DNA of 64,000 nt, taken from assembly GCA_048941065.1 (NCBI GenBank), contig JBHLNY010000001.1:28-64027 (forward strand). Reading direction: 5' to 3'. The stretch is from Promethearchaeota archaeon. Lineage in GTDB: Archaea > Asgardarchaeota > Lokiarchaeia > Sigyniarchaeales > SOKP01. Of this stretch, positions 9,681-19,581 are shown piece by piece (position 1 is the first letter of the stretch; each line of letters opens with the position of its first letter). The translations under genes and the position numbers were made by a program. The notes below the pieces were generated by a model. It saw only the letters and a list, made by a program, of their open reading frames with translations, was not told where the DNA came from and did no database searches.

Positions 9681-10961
9681 ATGTTTTTTGTGATAAAATT
9701 GCTAGAATCTATTAAAGAGTTTTTATCTAATTTAAATCCAGATATCATTATTCAAGCACCATCAAGAATTAACTTAATAAATCCCTTAGATGCTGTAGAG
9801 GGAGATTTCTGGATGCCTTCAGTTGCAATTAACGCAGAAAATGATCCATTATCAACATTTTTTTATATTAAGAAAATTAAAAATGAAAGCAGATTAAAAG
9901 TCTTTAATATAAGAGGAGTGCCTCAAAAGTATAATTTTGAGATAATAAGTGAAGAAATTCTTCATAAAAAAACAAAATATATTAAAAAAAAAATTTCTGG
10001 AAAATTTAAATTAATATATGCAAGCATTTATAAATTAATTGAAATAAACTCGTGTTTTAAAACAAAATTTTTTAATTCTAATATTGAAATTGGGTTAATT
10101 ACAACAATACCTAAACAAAGTGGATTAGGAGGAAGTGCTGCAATAATAATTGCTACTATCTATGGATTATCTATGTTTTTTAATTTGTATAATAATTTAG
10201 ATTGTTTAGCTGAGAATGAGATCCCCATCAATAGGGATACAATTGCAGAAATTGCTACAAAAATAGAAGATGAAGATTTACTAATCACTGCTGGCTATTC
10301 TGATAGATATGTAATAAGCAGGGGAGGGTTATGTTTTTGTTCTTATTATGGTAAATTGTATCACAAAGACCTTTCAATGGAACCTTTAGCTATTTACGAT
10401 AGAATCGATAAAGTATATAAGATAGATGATTTGCCAATAGTTTTGTGCTTTTCTGGAGTGGTTCATGAAAGTGGTGATGTTCATGGCAGATTAAGGGAAC
10501 TTTATCTTCAAAAAGATTCTATAATTTTGAGTGAATATTACAATTTAGCCGAAATATCTTGGAAATCGCGATTTGCTCTAATGAAACACGATTGGAAAGA
10601 ATTAGGTGAATATTTTAAACAAAACACCAAAATTATGAATCATATTATGAAATATGCTGGTTTTAGATATGGTATTGGATTAGCAAACAATATTTTAATA
10701 AAAATCATTGAAGAACACCCTGATGTCTATGCTGCTAAATTAACTGGCGCTGGTGGTGGTGGTTCTGTTTTTGCATTGGTAGATCCGGATAAAACATATA
10801 CAATTTTAGAATATTGGAAAAAAAGATTAATTGAAATTATTGAAAATAAGGATAAATTTTCCTCTATTTTCCCTAATTACCCTTTCGATATAATGTTGAA
10901 ACTTAGAAATGCAAAGTTTTATAAAATAACAATTGATGTCAAAGGTGTGAAAAAGTTATAA
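9681..10961 (+). CDS. GHMP-family kinase (substrate unknown)
   Basis: GHMP motif II is PKQSGLGGSAAIIIATIYGL and motif III is KLTGAGGGGSVFALV. Confidence 0.8.
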   Translation: MFFVIKLLESIKEFLSNLNPDIIIQAPSRINLINPLDAVEGDFWMPSVAINAENDPLSTFFYIKKIKNESRLKVFNIRGVPQKYNFEIISEEILHKKTKYIKKKISGKFKLIYASIYKLIEINSCFKTKFFNSNIEIGLITTIPKQSGLGGSAAIIIATIYGLSMFFNLYNNLDCLAENEIPINRDTIAEIATKIEDEDLLITAGYSDRYVISRGGLCFCSYYGKLYHKDLSMEPLAIYDRIDKVYKIDDLPIVLCFSGVVHESGDVHGRLRELYLQKDSIILSEYYNLAEISWKSRFALMKHDWKELGEYFKQNTKIMNHIMKYAGFRYGIGLANNILIKIIEEHPDVYAAKLTGAGGGGSVFALVDPDKTYTILEYWKKRLIEIIENKDKFSSIFPNYPFDIMLKLRNAKFYKITIDVKGVKKL

Positions 10962-11006
10962 TCTAATAAAAATAAATAATATATAAAATAATTCTCTGGA
11001 CTTATT

Positions 11007-11186
11007 ATGAGTAAATTCGAAAGATACAAAAAAAAAGCGGAGATATATATTGATCCGCATAAGCATTGCAAAAAGTGTGGTCAGATGATTGATGAAGGTT
11101 TAACTTTTTGCCCTGAGTGTTATAAAGAGATAAAGGAAAAGAAAAAAAAGAGGAGATTTAGACGAAAAAAAAAAGATAAAGAGTAA
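11007..11186 (+). CDS. small zinc-ribbon protein with basic tail (DUF2116-like), 59 aa, absent from ORF track
   Basis: My own translation is MSKFERYKKKAEIYIDPHKHCKKCGQMIDEGLTFCPECYKEIKEKKKKRRFRRKKKDKE. It has CxxC-x11-CxxC and a Lys/Arg-rich C-terminus, with ATG at 11007 and TAA at 11184-11186. Confidence 0.55.
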   Translation: MSKFERYKKKAEIYIDPHKHCKKCGQMIDEGLTFCPECYKEIKEKKKKRRFRRKKKDKE

Positions 11187-11219
11187 ATATATTATTAAAT
11201 TGATAGGAAGTAATTATGC

Positions 11220-12926
11220 TTAAATTTTTAATCTCCTTAATAGCCACTCTTTATCAATTAGGGTTAAAAAAGGTCCTAATCGGGGTCCAGATTTCTTTCC
11301 TAGGATAATGAAATAAATTGCTTCAAATAATTTTCTTGGTTGAATTTCTATATCATTGTTTGCTATACTGAAAATTTTATTCTGTATTAAATCTGGATTT
11401 AAATCTTCATTTTTTTCTATAAAATTTCTTAATAATCGTATACCTTGGGCTTGTTTATCATCTAATTTCTCTGTTATTTCAAAATCAACTTTATCAGGAA
11501 TTTCAAAGAGATTGACTTTATTTTTTAATTCTTCCCTTTTTTTTGGATCTTCCTCATTGTTAATAATTATTTTCACTTCTTTAATCCAATTTTTAGTTCT
11601 ATTTAACAAAAGTTCAAACTCTTTAATTGAAATCATTTTTTCCAAACTTTCCTTTTCTAATATAGATTTAACTTTATTGTATAGCTTTTTAATATCTAAT
11701 AAATTTTGTAACTGTGATAAAAAAATTAAAAGTTTTATTGGGATTCTAAAAGGTTTAACCTCTGGAATCAGATCTATCTTAGTCAGAGGATATACATATC
11801 GATAAAATTCTTGTTCCTCCTCATTACCACTATCTTCTAAAGAAAAGTAGATATTCTCCATCTTATCATAATAATCAAAATATTGAGGAATTTCCTCAAT
11901 TCTTAGGTCAATATGTTTCAACGGGTTAGTTCTTAAGATTAACATTCGATATATTTCAGGATCGGCAATTTCTAGATACTTTTTCGGGGTAAATACTATT
12001 CCTTTTGAAGTTCCCATATCTTGCTCTCCTAATCTCAACCATTCATATGGTACTTTTACTGGTCCAATATAACCAAATATTTGTTGGCATAATTCTAAAC
12101 CTGTATCGTATGCTCCTCCTTTTACACTATGATCTTTACCAGCTGGTTCACATGTAGTACTATAAATAGCCCATTTTGCTGGCCAATCTACACGCCAATT
12201 TAGCTTTAATCTCCCACTATATATGGATAATTCACCCTTATATCCACAAGCGGAACAAAAGTAAGATACTTTTTGCTCTTTTTTAAAGAATTCTAATACT
12301 CTATTGGGTTTAATAGATCCATCCATTTCTAAATGTTGGATTCTATTACATTTCTCACAAATTGCCATTACAGGCATCCAATTTTCCTGCATTTTAATAA
12401 AAGCCAACTTTTTTTCTTCATCCAAAGTTGGTAAAATGTATTTCCTTAATATTTTTTTAATCTTATCAGTGTTTTCTAAGGAAATTCTAATTTTTTCTTG
12501 CATTTCTTCAGTTTTATACAATTCATGAGTCCATACTATTTCTGTTTTTATCCCAAAATCATCAAATGTAAAAATTAATTCATTACCAAAATGATGAGCA
12601 TAACTTTCACATCCACACTCTTTAAATGGACATGGTATTAAAGAAAAAGGCTTTCCCTTGTTCTTTTCTTGAAATTCACTATCAATATAAGCAGGAAACC
12701 TTTTAGCGGCGTCCAGACTATCAATAAATAAGAAAAACTCTACATTTTTACCTTCTTTCTCAAAGATTCTTCTTAATGCATCGCAAATTATAATTTCTCT
12801 TAAAATTCCAATATGAATATGTCCAGAAGGGGTTTTTCCAGTAGCTAATGTTATTTTGGATTCATTTCTTGCTAAGATTTTGTCAACAATTTCTTCTAAC
12901 CAATGAATATAAAATCTTTCACTCAA
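11220..12926 (-). CDS. lysK: lysine--tRNA ligase, class I (archaeal type)
   Basis: The HIGH-type motif is TPSGHIHIGILRE and the KMSKS-equivalent is DMGTSKG. The overall N-terminal pattern is that of class I LysRS. Confidence 0.9.
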   Translation of the reverse strand: MSERFYIHWLEEIVDKILARNESKITLATGKTPSGHIHIGILREIIICDALRRIFEKEGKNVEFFLFIDSLDAAKRFPAYIDSEFQEKNKGKPFSLIPCPFKECGCESYAHHFGNELIFTFDDFGIKTEIVWTHELYKTEEMQEKIRISLENTDKIKKILRKYILPTLDEEKKLAFIKMQENWMPVMAICEKCNRIQHLEMDGSIKPNRVLEFFKKEQKVSYFCSACGYKGELSIYSGRLKLNWRVDWPAKWAIYSTTCEPAGKDHSVKGGAYDTGLELCQQIFGYIGPVKVPYEWLRLGEQDMGTSKGIVFTPKKYLEIADPEIYRMLILRTNPLKHIDLRIEEIPQYFDYYDKMENIYFSLEDSGNEEEQEFYRYVYPLTKIDLIPEVKPFRIPIKLLIFLSQLQNLLDIKKLYNKVKSILEKESLEKMISIKEFELLLNRTKNWIKEVKIIINNEEDPKKREELKNKVNLFEIPDKVDFEITEKLDDKQAQGIRLLRNFIEKNEDLNPDLIQNKIFSIANNDIEIQPRKLFEAIYFIILGKKSGPRLGPFLTLIDKEWLLRRLKI

Positions 12927-13013
12927 AATCTTGTCACTCTATCGCTAATTCTTTATTTAATTAATGATTACATTTATTTATCATTTTTTATTTTAGATAT
13001 TTGTGAATTCATT

Positions 13014-14840
13014 ATGAGGATTGCTGTTCTAAATAAAGATCGATGTAAACCAGATAAATGTAGTCCTTTTGGAGCAAAACCTTGTATTAAATATTGCCCC
13101 AGAGTAAGAACTGGAGATATGACAATTGTATTAAGTCAAGATGGAAAAAATGTTGAAATTGCAGAAAACCTTTGTACTGGATGTGGAATCTGCATTAAAA
13201 AATGTCCCTTTAATGCTATAAGTATTGTTAATCTTCCTGATCCATTAAGAAATCAAATGACTTATCGATATGGACCAGATCAGTTTTCTCTATTTAGAAT
13301 GGCTATTCCTAAAAAGGGAAAAGTTTTAGGTTTGATTGGACAAAATGGAATAGGTAAAAGTACAATGCTAAAAATATTGTCAGGAGATCTAAAGTTAAAT
13401 CTTGGGAGATTTGGTGAGGAAACTCCCGATGATGATGATGTAATTAATTTTTTCAAGGGATCTGAGCTCCAACAATACTTTATTGATATTAAAGAAAAAA
13501 AAGCTAGTATTGTACTTAAACCACAAGATATTACAATAATACCAAAGTATGTGTCTGGCAAGGTTTTTGATTTATTAAAAAAAAATGATAGAGAAGATAA
13601 ACTGGATGAGATAGCAGATCAATTAAATTTAAATGAAATTATGGATCGTGATATTGATGTATTATCTGGCGGCGAATTACAAAGAGTAGCAATTACTGCT
13701 GCCTACTTGAAAGATGGAGATATATATCTTATAGATGAACCAAGCTCTTACTTAGACGTTAGCGAAAGGATTAATATGGCTAAGTTAATTAGATCACTAA
13801 CTGAGAAAAATAAAACTATTGTCGTTGTCGAACATGATTTAGCGATTTTAGATTATTTAAGTGATTATATTTCTCTATTTTATGGTATTCCAAGTGTATA
13901 TGGGATAATTTCTCATCCTCAAGGAGTAAGGGTGGGTATAAATATATATCTTAATGGGTATATTAAAGATGAGAATCTAAGAATAAGAGATACACCTATT
14001 CAATTCCATGAACGCCCACCTCAAGATTCTTTATTTGATTCGGGTGATATAGTATTTTCATATAGTGATCTAAAAAAATCTTTGGGAAATTTTCATTTAT
14101 CTGTTTCCGGAAGTGAAATACACGCCGGCGAAATTATAGGGATATTAGGACCAAATGGGATCGGGAAATCAACATTTATAAATTTAATAGCTAATAAAAT
14201 TAAAGCTGATAATGAGGCTAGGAACATTAATGGAATTATCAATAATAATGAAGAACTAAAGGTATCTATTAAACCCCAATATATCAAAATGGATTTATCT
14301 ATTTTAATTGCTGATTTCATAAAGAAAATTAAATTAACTCCTCATCTAAGTGAAAGCTTTAAAAAGCGTGTAATTAATAATCTAAATCTTACCAGTATTA
14401 GTGAACGGTACATTTCTGAATTAAGTGGAGGAGAATTACAGAGAGTAGCAATTGCGAGTTGCCTTGTTACTGACGCTGATATTTATCTATTTGATGAGCC
14501 TTCCGCATTTTTGGATGTAGAAATGAGATTACAAGTGGCTCAACTATTGAGAAAATCAATTGAAGAGATTAAAAAAGCCGCATTTGTAGTAGAACATGAT
14601 ATAATTACTCAAGATTTTATTGCTGATTCTATCTTAGTTTTTGAAGGTACTCCTGGTTTGGAGGGAAGAGCACTAGTTCCTCAAAATTTAAGAGATGGTT
14701 TTAATCTTTTCTTAAAAATGATGGGGATAACTTTTAGGAGAGATTCAGTTACTAAAAGGCCTCGGGTAAATAAAGTAGGGAGTAATAAAGATGCTTATCA
14801 GAAAAAGATAAATGAATATTATTATATTCCAAAAAAATAG
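13014..14840 (+). CDS. abce1: ABCE1 / RNase L inhibitor-type ribosome recycling ATPase
   Basis: The N-terminal Fe-S domain has MRIAVLNKDRCKPDKC...CIKYCP and CTGCGICIKKCP. There are two ABC cassettes (GQNGIGKST, GPNGIGKST, two LSGGELQR signatures). The start is moved to ATG 13014; the track ORF begins upstream at 12903 in a hydrophobic leader that overlaps lysK. Confidence 0.95.
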   Translation: MRIAVLNKDRCKPDKCSPFGAKPCIKYCPRVRTGDMTIVLSQDGKNVEIAENLCTGCGICIKKCPFNAISIVNLPDPLRNQMTYRYGPDQFSLFRMAIPKKGKVLGLIGQNGIGKSTMLKILSGDLKLNLGRFGEETPDDDDVINFFKGSELQQYFIDIKEKKASIVLKPQDITIIPKYVSGKVFDLLKKNDREDKLDEIADQLNLNEIMDRDIDVLSGGELQRVAITAAYLKDGDIYLIDEPSSYLDVSERINMAKLIRSLTEKNKTIVVVEHDLAILDYLSDYISLFYGIPSVYGIISHPQGVRVGINIYLNGYIKDENLRIRDTPIQFHERPPQDSLFDSGDIVFSYSDLKKSLGNFHLSVSGSEIHAGEIIGILGPNGIGKSTFINLIANKIKADNEARNINGIINNNEELKVSIKPQYIKMDLSILIADFIKKIKLTPHLSESFKKRVINNLNLTSISERYISELSGGELQRVAIASCLVTDADIYLFDEPSAFLDVEMRLQVAQLLRKSIEEIKKAAFVVEHDIITQDFIADSILVFEGTPGLEGRALVPQNLRDGFNLFLKMMGITFRRDSVTKRPRVNKVGSNKDAYQKKINEYYYIPKK

Positions 14841-15155
14841 TTCTCTCAATTTAGACAATAATCTATTTTTTCCTAATTAGATCCTCTATATACCCCTATT
14901 TTTCCATTGGAAATTTTCAAAATGAATAGAATAAAAAATTAAAATAATCAATGTTTTAATAAATTCTTTTAAATATGATGAAATAATTTTATCTTGGGGG
15001 CCATATTAAAATATCTAATTGATTTTATCAAAAGAGCCAATTAAAAATATAATTTGCAGTGGAAATTTTGGAGTATATTATATTATTAATTTTTTATAAC
15101 TATGCTGATCAATTTTTCTTAAAAATTTTCAAATTAATTAAAAAAAAATAGTTTT

Positions 15156-15410
15156 TTAATCCTTGATTTTCCAAAAGATTAATGGTCTACCCCGTTTCCC
15201 GTCATTTCTTGAAAATTTCTCAACCATTTTTCTCTTTTGAAGTTTTAACAAGTTATCATAAATAGTTGTTCTAGGGGTTCTTAATTGGTTGACTAATTCC
15301 TTACGTGTTAAGGGTCCAGATCTAGCTAATGTTTTAATTAAATTATATTGAATAGGGGTAAAGAATTCTTTAGAATCAAGCATTTCTTTTATAAAAATCT
15401 CATTTGCCAT
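15156..15410 (-). CDS. small winged-helix transcriptional regulator (TrmB/MarR-like)
   Basis: 84 aa. The stretch LIKTLARSGPLTRKELVNQLRTPRTTIYDNLLKLQKRKMV...GRPLIFWKI shows an HTH plus wing pattern. Confidence 0.6.
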   Translation of the reverse strand: MANEIFIKEMLDSKEFFTPIQYNLIKTLARSGPLTRKELVNQLRTPRTTIYDNLLKLQKRKMVEKFSRNDGKRGRPLIFWKIKD

Positions 15411-15624
15411 AATATTTTCCTCTACATATTTTAAATTTTAAGTTCGACAATTTTTCGACATTTTAAACTTTAAAGAGAGAATTAAGATCTTAAGTAAATA
15501 TATAATTTTGTCATATATAAGTATGCTTATTTATGCATTATTATCATCAATAAGCACTAAAATTTATAAAGGAATATTATTAATTTGTAATTATAAATCA
15601 TGATTTTTTCTTAAAAGTACAAGA

Positions 15625-15996
15625 ATGACCGAAACTACAAGAACTACTGTTACTCTAAATAAAAGTTATATGAATTTAATCGAAGAACTAGTAGACGTTT
15701 TTGGAGCTACAAAAGCTCAAGTAATTGCTAATATAGTAGAACATTTTTTTAATGATAGTAAAAATGATCCTCTATTAGAAAAATTAAGGGCAAGAAAAAG
15801 AAAAGAAAAATTACCTGAAGAAATTGATCTTAATAATCGAATAAAGAATTATTTAAAAAGGGCAGATAAAATACCATTTGAAATATTTATCGAACATTTG
15901 AAATTGGATTCTGATTTTGTTATTAACCATTTAAATGAGTGGGGAAAAAAGTATAACTTTATGTTAATTGATAACAAAGTAACAAAAGTCGAATAA
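15625..15996 (+). CDS. hypothetical protein with N-terminal ribbon-helix-helix (CopG/Arc-like) pattern
   Basis: TVTLNKSYMNLIEELVDVFGATKAQVIANIVEHFF fits beta-helix-helix. The gene is divergent from the wHTH gene. Confidence 0.45.
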   Translation: MTETTRTTVTLNKSYMNLIEELVDVFGATKAQVIANIVEHFFNDSKNDPLLEKLRARKRKEKLPEEIDLNNRIKNYLKRADKIPFEIFIEHLKLDSDFVINHLNEWGKKYNFMLIDNKVTKVE

Positions 15997-16026
15997 TATT
16001 CTTGAAAATCTTTATTAAGTAAATAA

Positions 16027-16230
16027 CTACCCATTAATCATTTCTAAAAAATTGTCTGCTAGACCTTGAACCCAATCAAGCATTCCTGTTATTATTCCGA
16101 CAATTATGAAAAATATGAATAAAGCAAAACCAATTAATAGAGCATATTCTACTAAATTTCCACCAAATTCGTCAAAAAAGAGTTCTTTAGTTTTAGTAAC
16201 AAATTTTCTAAGAAATTTCCAAAGGTGCAT
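16027..16230 (-). CDS. Flp/Fap (Tad-type, type IVb-like) pilin candidate
   Basis: 67 aa. FFDEFGGNLVEYALLIGFALFIFFIIVGII matches the Flp prepilin motif G/XXXXEY followed by a hydrophobic helix (compare bacterial ...DESGATAIEYGLIVALIAVVIV). Confidence 0.6.
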   Translation of the reverse strand: MHLWKFLRKFVTKTKELFFDEFGGNLVEYALLIGFALFIFFIIVGIITGMLDWVQGLADNFLEMING

Positions 16231-16304
16231 AACTACTTTTAATTTAAATACATTTTTTTAAACTAAACCAATTCTTTAGCAAAACAAAAATTAAATTGGG
16301 AGGA

Positions 16305-16718
16305 TTAAGATTTCAAAATCATAAGAATTGTATTAAGTTCTTCCTCAGTAGCTTTATTTCTTGGGATTTTAATGCTAAATCTTTTATCATCCAAACTTCT
16401 TGGAATAATATGAACATGGATATGTTTTATAACTTGACCCGCAGCTTCATAATTATTTTGAAGAACATTATATCCATCCATTTTTAATTTATTATGAATT
16501 AGAATAGCAATTTGTTTAACAGTTTTAAATAGCTCAATGAGTTCTAAATCAGGTATATCTTCTAAATTTCCATAATGACTTTTAGGTATTACTATCGTAT
16601 GTCCTTTTGAAATAGGAGAGGTATCTAAAAAAGCTAGATTTAAGTTATTTTCAAATATAATTTTGGATGGAATTTCTTTATCAATTATTTTACAAAAAAT
16701 ACAGTTTTTATCTTTCAT
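16305..16718 (-). CDS. HIT-family (histidine triad) nucleotide hydrolase/transferase
   Basis: The CIFCKI N-terminus and the histidine triad HIHVHIIPR are present. Confidence 0.9.
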   Translation of the reverse strand: MKDKNCIFCKIIDKEIPSKIIFENNLNLAFLDTSPISKGHTIVIPKSHYGNLEDIPDLELIELFKTVKQIAILIHNKLKMDGYNVLQNNYEAAGQVIKHIHVHIIPRSLDDKRFSIKIPRNKATEEELNTILMILKS

Positions 16719-16840
16719 ATTTTTATAAACACTTTATATCATATATATGATTTACATGATTTAAATTAAGATTTAAAAAATCCATACTCAGTTTTATCAT
16801 ATTAAATTATAAAAATTTTTCATATTATTCTTTTAAAATA

Positions 16841-17665
16841 ATGAAAAATATGTTTCTCGAAGAAATAAAAGATATTTTTGAAAAGAATTTAGCTCCAAAA
16901 TTATTTAGGTTAAATTCTGAGATATATGGTTTGCAGTATGGGGAAAAAAATAGGAATAAAATGATAAAGAGAGTTATGCTCACAATTGATCTAAGTTTAG
17001 AAGCGATACACTTTGCTTTAAAAAATAAAATCAACTTATTAATATCTCACCATGGTTTAATTAACAATCCAATTAAATATTTTAATCAAAATCTAATAAA
17101 CAAATTATCTCTACTTTCTAAATTTCCGATCTCGATATTTGTATTAAATTCATCGTTTATTGCAGCAGAAGGTGGGATATCGGACACAATTTTAGAAGCA
17201 CTATATCTAAAATTAGAAAGTACTTTCGATATAAAAACTGAAAATGGAGTTGAAGTTCCCATAGGAAGGATTTGTTTACCAAAGAATTACCCTAATCAAA
17301 ATAATCCCTTAATATTGGAAGATCTAATTAAAAGATTAAAAAATAACTTGAATTTACGAGTTGTTTCTTATGTAGGTGATTTAAAAAAGGAAATTAAAAA
17401 AATCTGTATTGTTGGAGGAGAAATATCGACTAAAAAGTTTTTAAGAAAAGCATTAAACATTGGATGTGATTGTTATATTACCGGACGATTTAACTATTTT
17501 GATGCAGTTTTTGCAAGGGATGTTGGGTTAAACTTGTTAGAAACATCACATTATAAGAATGAATTCATTGCGTTGCAAAAATTATGTAATATATTAAGTT
17601 TAGAATTTCCTTATGTTGAATTTATTTTGTTTGATTCCAAGGATCCATATAAAACTTATTTCTAA
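16841..17665 (+). CDS. NIF3-family dinuclear-metal protein (GTP cyclohydrolase 1 type 2 homolog)
   Basis: It has an NIF3-like layout: LISHHGLI near the N-terminus and ETSHYKNE near the C-terminus. The length is 274 aa. Confidence 0.75.
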   Translation: MKNMFLEEIKDIFEKNLAPKLFRLNSEIYGLQYGEKNRNKMIKRVMLTIDLSLEAIHFALKNKINLLISHHGLINNPIKYFNQNLINKLSLLSKFPISIFVLNSSFIAAEGGISDTILEALYLKLESTFDIKTENGVEVPIGRICLPKNYPNQNNPLILEDLIKRLKNNLNLRVVSYVGDLKKEIKKICIVGGEISTKKFLRKALNIGCDCYITGRFNYFDAVFARDVGLNLLETSHYKNEFIALQKLCNILSLEFPYVEFILFDSKDPYKTYF

Positions 17666-17788
17666 AAAAAGATTAAAAGAAATGTTAATAAATTCAAAAA
17701 TAAAATTTAAATTGTTTTTTAGTATTAATTCATATAATTTAAACTTAAATTATACTTCATAAAAAGAAATATAACCTGTGCTCAAACT

Positions 17789-18370
17789 ATGCCTATTTTG
17801 GAATATAATGGTAAAAAACCAATAATAAGCCCGAATAGCTATGTATCACCAATGGCAACGCTAATTGGAGAAGTAAAAGTCGATAATAATGCAATAATAT
17901 GGCCCGGTTCAATCTTACGTGCTGAAAATTCACCAATAACGATTGGTGAATATACTACAATCTTTAATGGTGTAATGATGCTCACACGCACACAAAGAAG
18001 TTCAATCAACATTGGCAGATATTGTATTATAGAAACAGGAGTTACACTCCTAGGTTGTTTTTTAGAAGATTATGTTCAAATAATGGAAGGATCCTTACTT
18101 TATGAAGAAGTATCAATCGGTGAAGGAGTAATAATATTAAACAATAGCCAAGTACCACCTGGCTTAACAGTTCCTGCTAGAGCAGTAATGAAAGGGAACC
18201 CTGTTGAAACTATTAGAGAACAATCTCGCAATGATGTCTTGAAACAAAAAGAAAGAGCAGAAAATTACTCTCAATTATTTATTAAAATAAAAGAACATCT
18301 TCCAAATGCTCAAGAATATTTATTAACTCTGCCAGATTTTATTAAAATCTTATTAAAAAGAGAAAATTAG
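17789..18370 (+). CDS. gamma-carbonic-anhydrase-like / hexapeptide-repeat (LbH) protein
   Basis: The typical N-terminus is present (PIISPNSYVSPMATLIGEVKVDNNAIIWPGSILRAENSPITIGEYTTI), followed by left-handed beta-helix repeats. Confidence 0.8.
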   Translation: MPILEYNGKKPIISPNSYVSPMATLIGEVKVDNNAIIWPGSILRAENSPITIGEYTTIFNGVMMLTRTQRSSINIGRYCIIETGVTLLGCFLEDYVQIMEGSLLYEEVSIGEGVIILNNSQVPPGLTVPARAVMKGNPVETIREQSRNDVLKQKERAENYSQLFIKIKEHLPNAQEYLLTLPDFIKILLKREN

Positions 18371-18395
18371 AAATAAAATAAAAAATTATTTAAAT

Positions 18396-19283
18396 TTAAG
18401 CTATTATATTAAGCTTATTTATTAGTTCTTTATATCTCGAACGGAGAGTAACTTCAGTTACTCCAACTAGATTAGCAATTTCTTTTTGCGAGATTTTTTT
18501 GTCTTTTCTTTTACAAACTAAGTATAGTGCTCCTGCACATAAACCTTTAGGATCTTTACCACTTGTAGAAAACTTGGATGTAAATGATTGTAATAGTTTA
18601 ATTGTTGTTTTTTCAGCATCAGCATCCAATTCTAACTCTGCTATAAATCTGGGAATAAGAGATATGGGATCTGTTGATGGAGCTTTTAAATTTAATTCTC
18701 TAATTAAGGTTCTATAACATCTTCTTACATTTTTAGCATTCACAGAAGTTTGATCTAATATCTCTTGCAGAGTTCTAGGGATTTTTCTTTCTCTACAAGC
18801 AAAATACAAACACGCGGCAACCATACCATTAATAGATCTTCCTCGAAGTAATTTCCTTTTGAAAGCTTCTATATATAAACGGATAGCAGCTTTCTTAACA
18901 TGGTTTGGTAAGTTAAGATTACTTCCAATCCTTTTTAACTCGGTGGTTGCTATTAACATATTTCTTTTATCCCATGTCATTCGAGAGTTCCATTTTGCAG
19001 CTCTCTTTAAATCGGGGCTTTTAATATTAGTTTTATCTATAATTGTACTTAAACCCATATCAGGTAATAAAATTGATATTGGTGATCCTGTTCTTTCTCT
19101 CATTTCTTTTTCTTGTTTAGTAAAAGCTCTTTTACCACTATGAGAAATATCTACAATTCTCTCACTTATAACTAAACCACATTGACCACAGACGATCTCT
19201 CCCTTTTCTTGAATTGAGATAGGCTTACCCCCACATTCGGGGCATGAATTTATAAAATTACTTAAATCTGATTTAACTTCCAT
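18396..19283 (-). CDS. tfb: transcription initiation factor IIB (TFB)
   Basis: There is an N-terminal Zn ribbon CPECGG...CGQCGLV and two cyclin-fold repeats (RGRSINGMVAACLYFACR..., KDPKGLCAGALYLVCK...). Confidence 0.95.
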   Translation of the reverse strand: MEVKSDLSNFINSCPECGGKPISIQEKGEIVCGQCGLVISERIVDISHSGKRAFTKQEKEMRERTGSPISILLPDMGLSTIIDKTNIKSPDLKRAAKWNSRMTWDKRNMLIATTELKRIGSNLNLPNHVKKAAIRLYIEAFKRKLLRGRSINGMVAACLYFACRERKIPRTLQEILDQTSVNAKNVRRCYRTLIRELNLKAPSTDPISLIPRFIAELELDADAEKTTIKLLQSFTSKFSTSGKDPKGLCAGALYLVCKRKDKKISQKEIANLVGVTEVTLRSRYKELINKLNIIA

Positions 19284-19581
19284 TTAATAAACCTCTTATT
19301 AATTTTTAAATTAAATATAAAACATTTTCTAATATATTGAGAAATTACGATGGAATATTAACCCGTGTAAACCAAAAAAATCTGAAATAAAATCTGAAAA
19401 ATTATTGTGTGACTGATTTCAATAATATTCTCCAGTGCAAATATATTAAATATAGTTAAAATATTTAAATGTTTCGCTCAATTAAAAGAACGTGTTAACA
19501 AATTAATTAATGATAAATTCTAACGTTTTTATTACTCATTTTTAATTGTTTTTAGACTCTATAATATTTTATTTTAGGGAT

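Noticed and set aside
14984-15110. ATGATGA (C-box-like) in the ABCE1 downstream spacer
   Set aside because: No CTGA D box lies within a plausible distance, as the nearest is about 115 nt away. There is no C'/D' pair and no terminal stem.
16296-17034. ORFs 16296-16487 (+) and 16825-17034 (-)
   Set aside because: The first is antisense to the HIT gene, which has an intact histidine triad. The second overlaps the NIF3 gene start and the promoter spacer. Neither has a recognisable motif.
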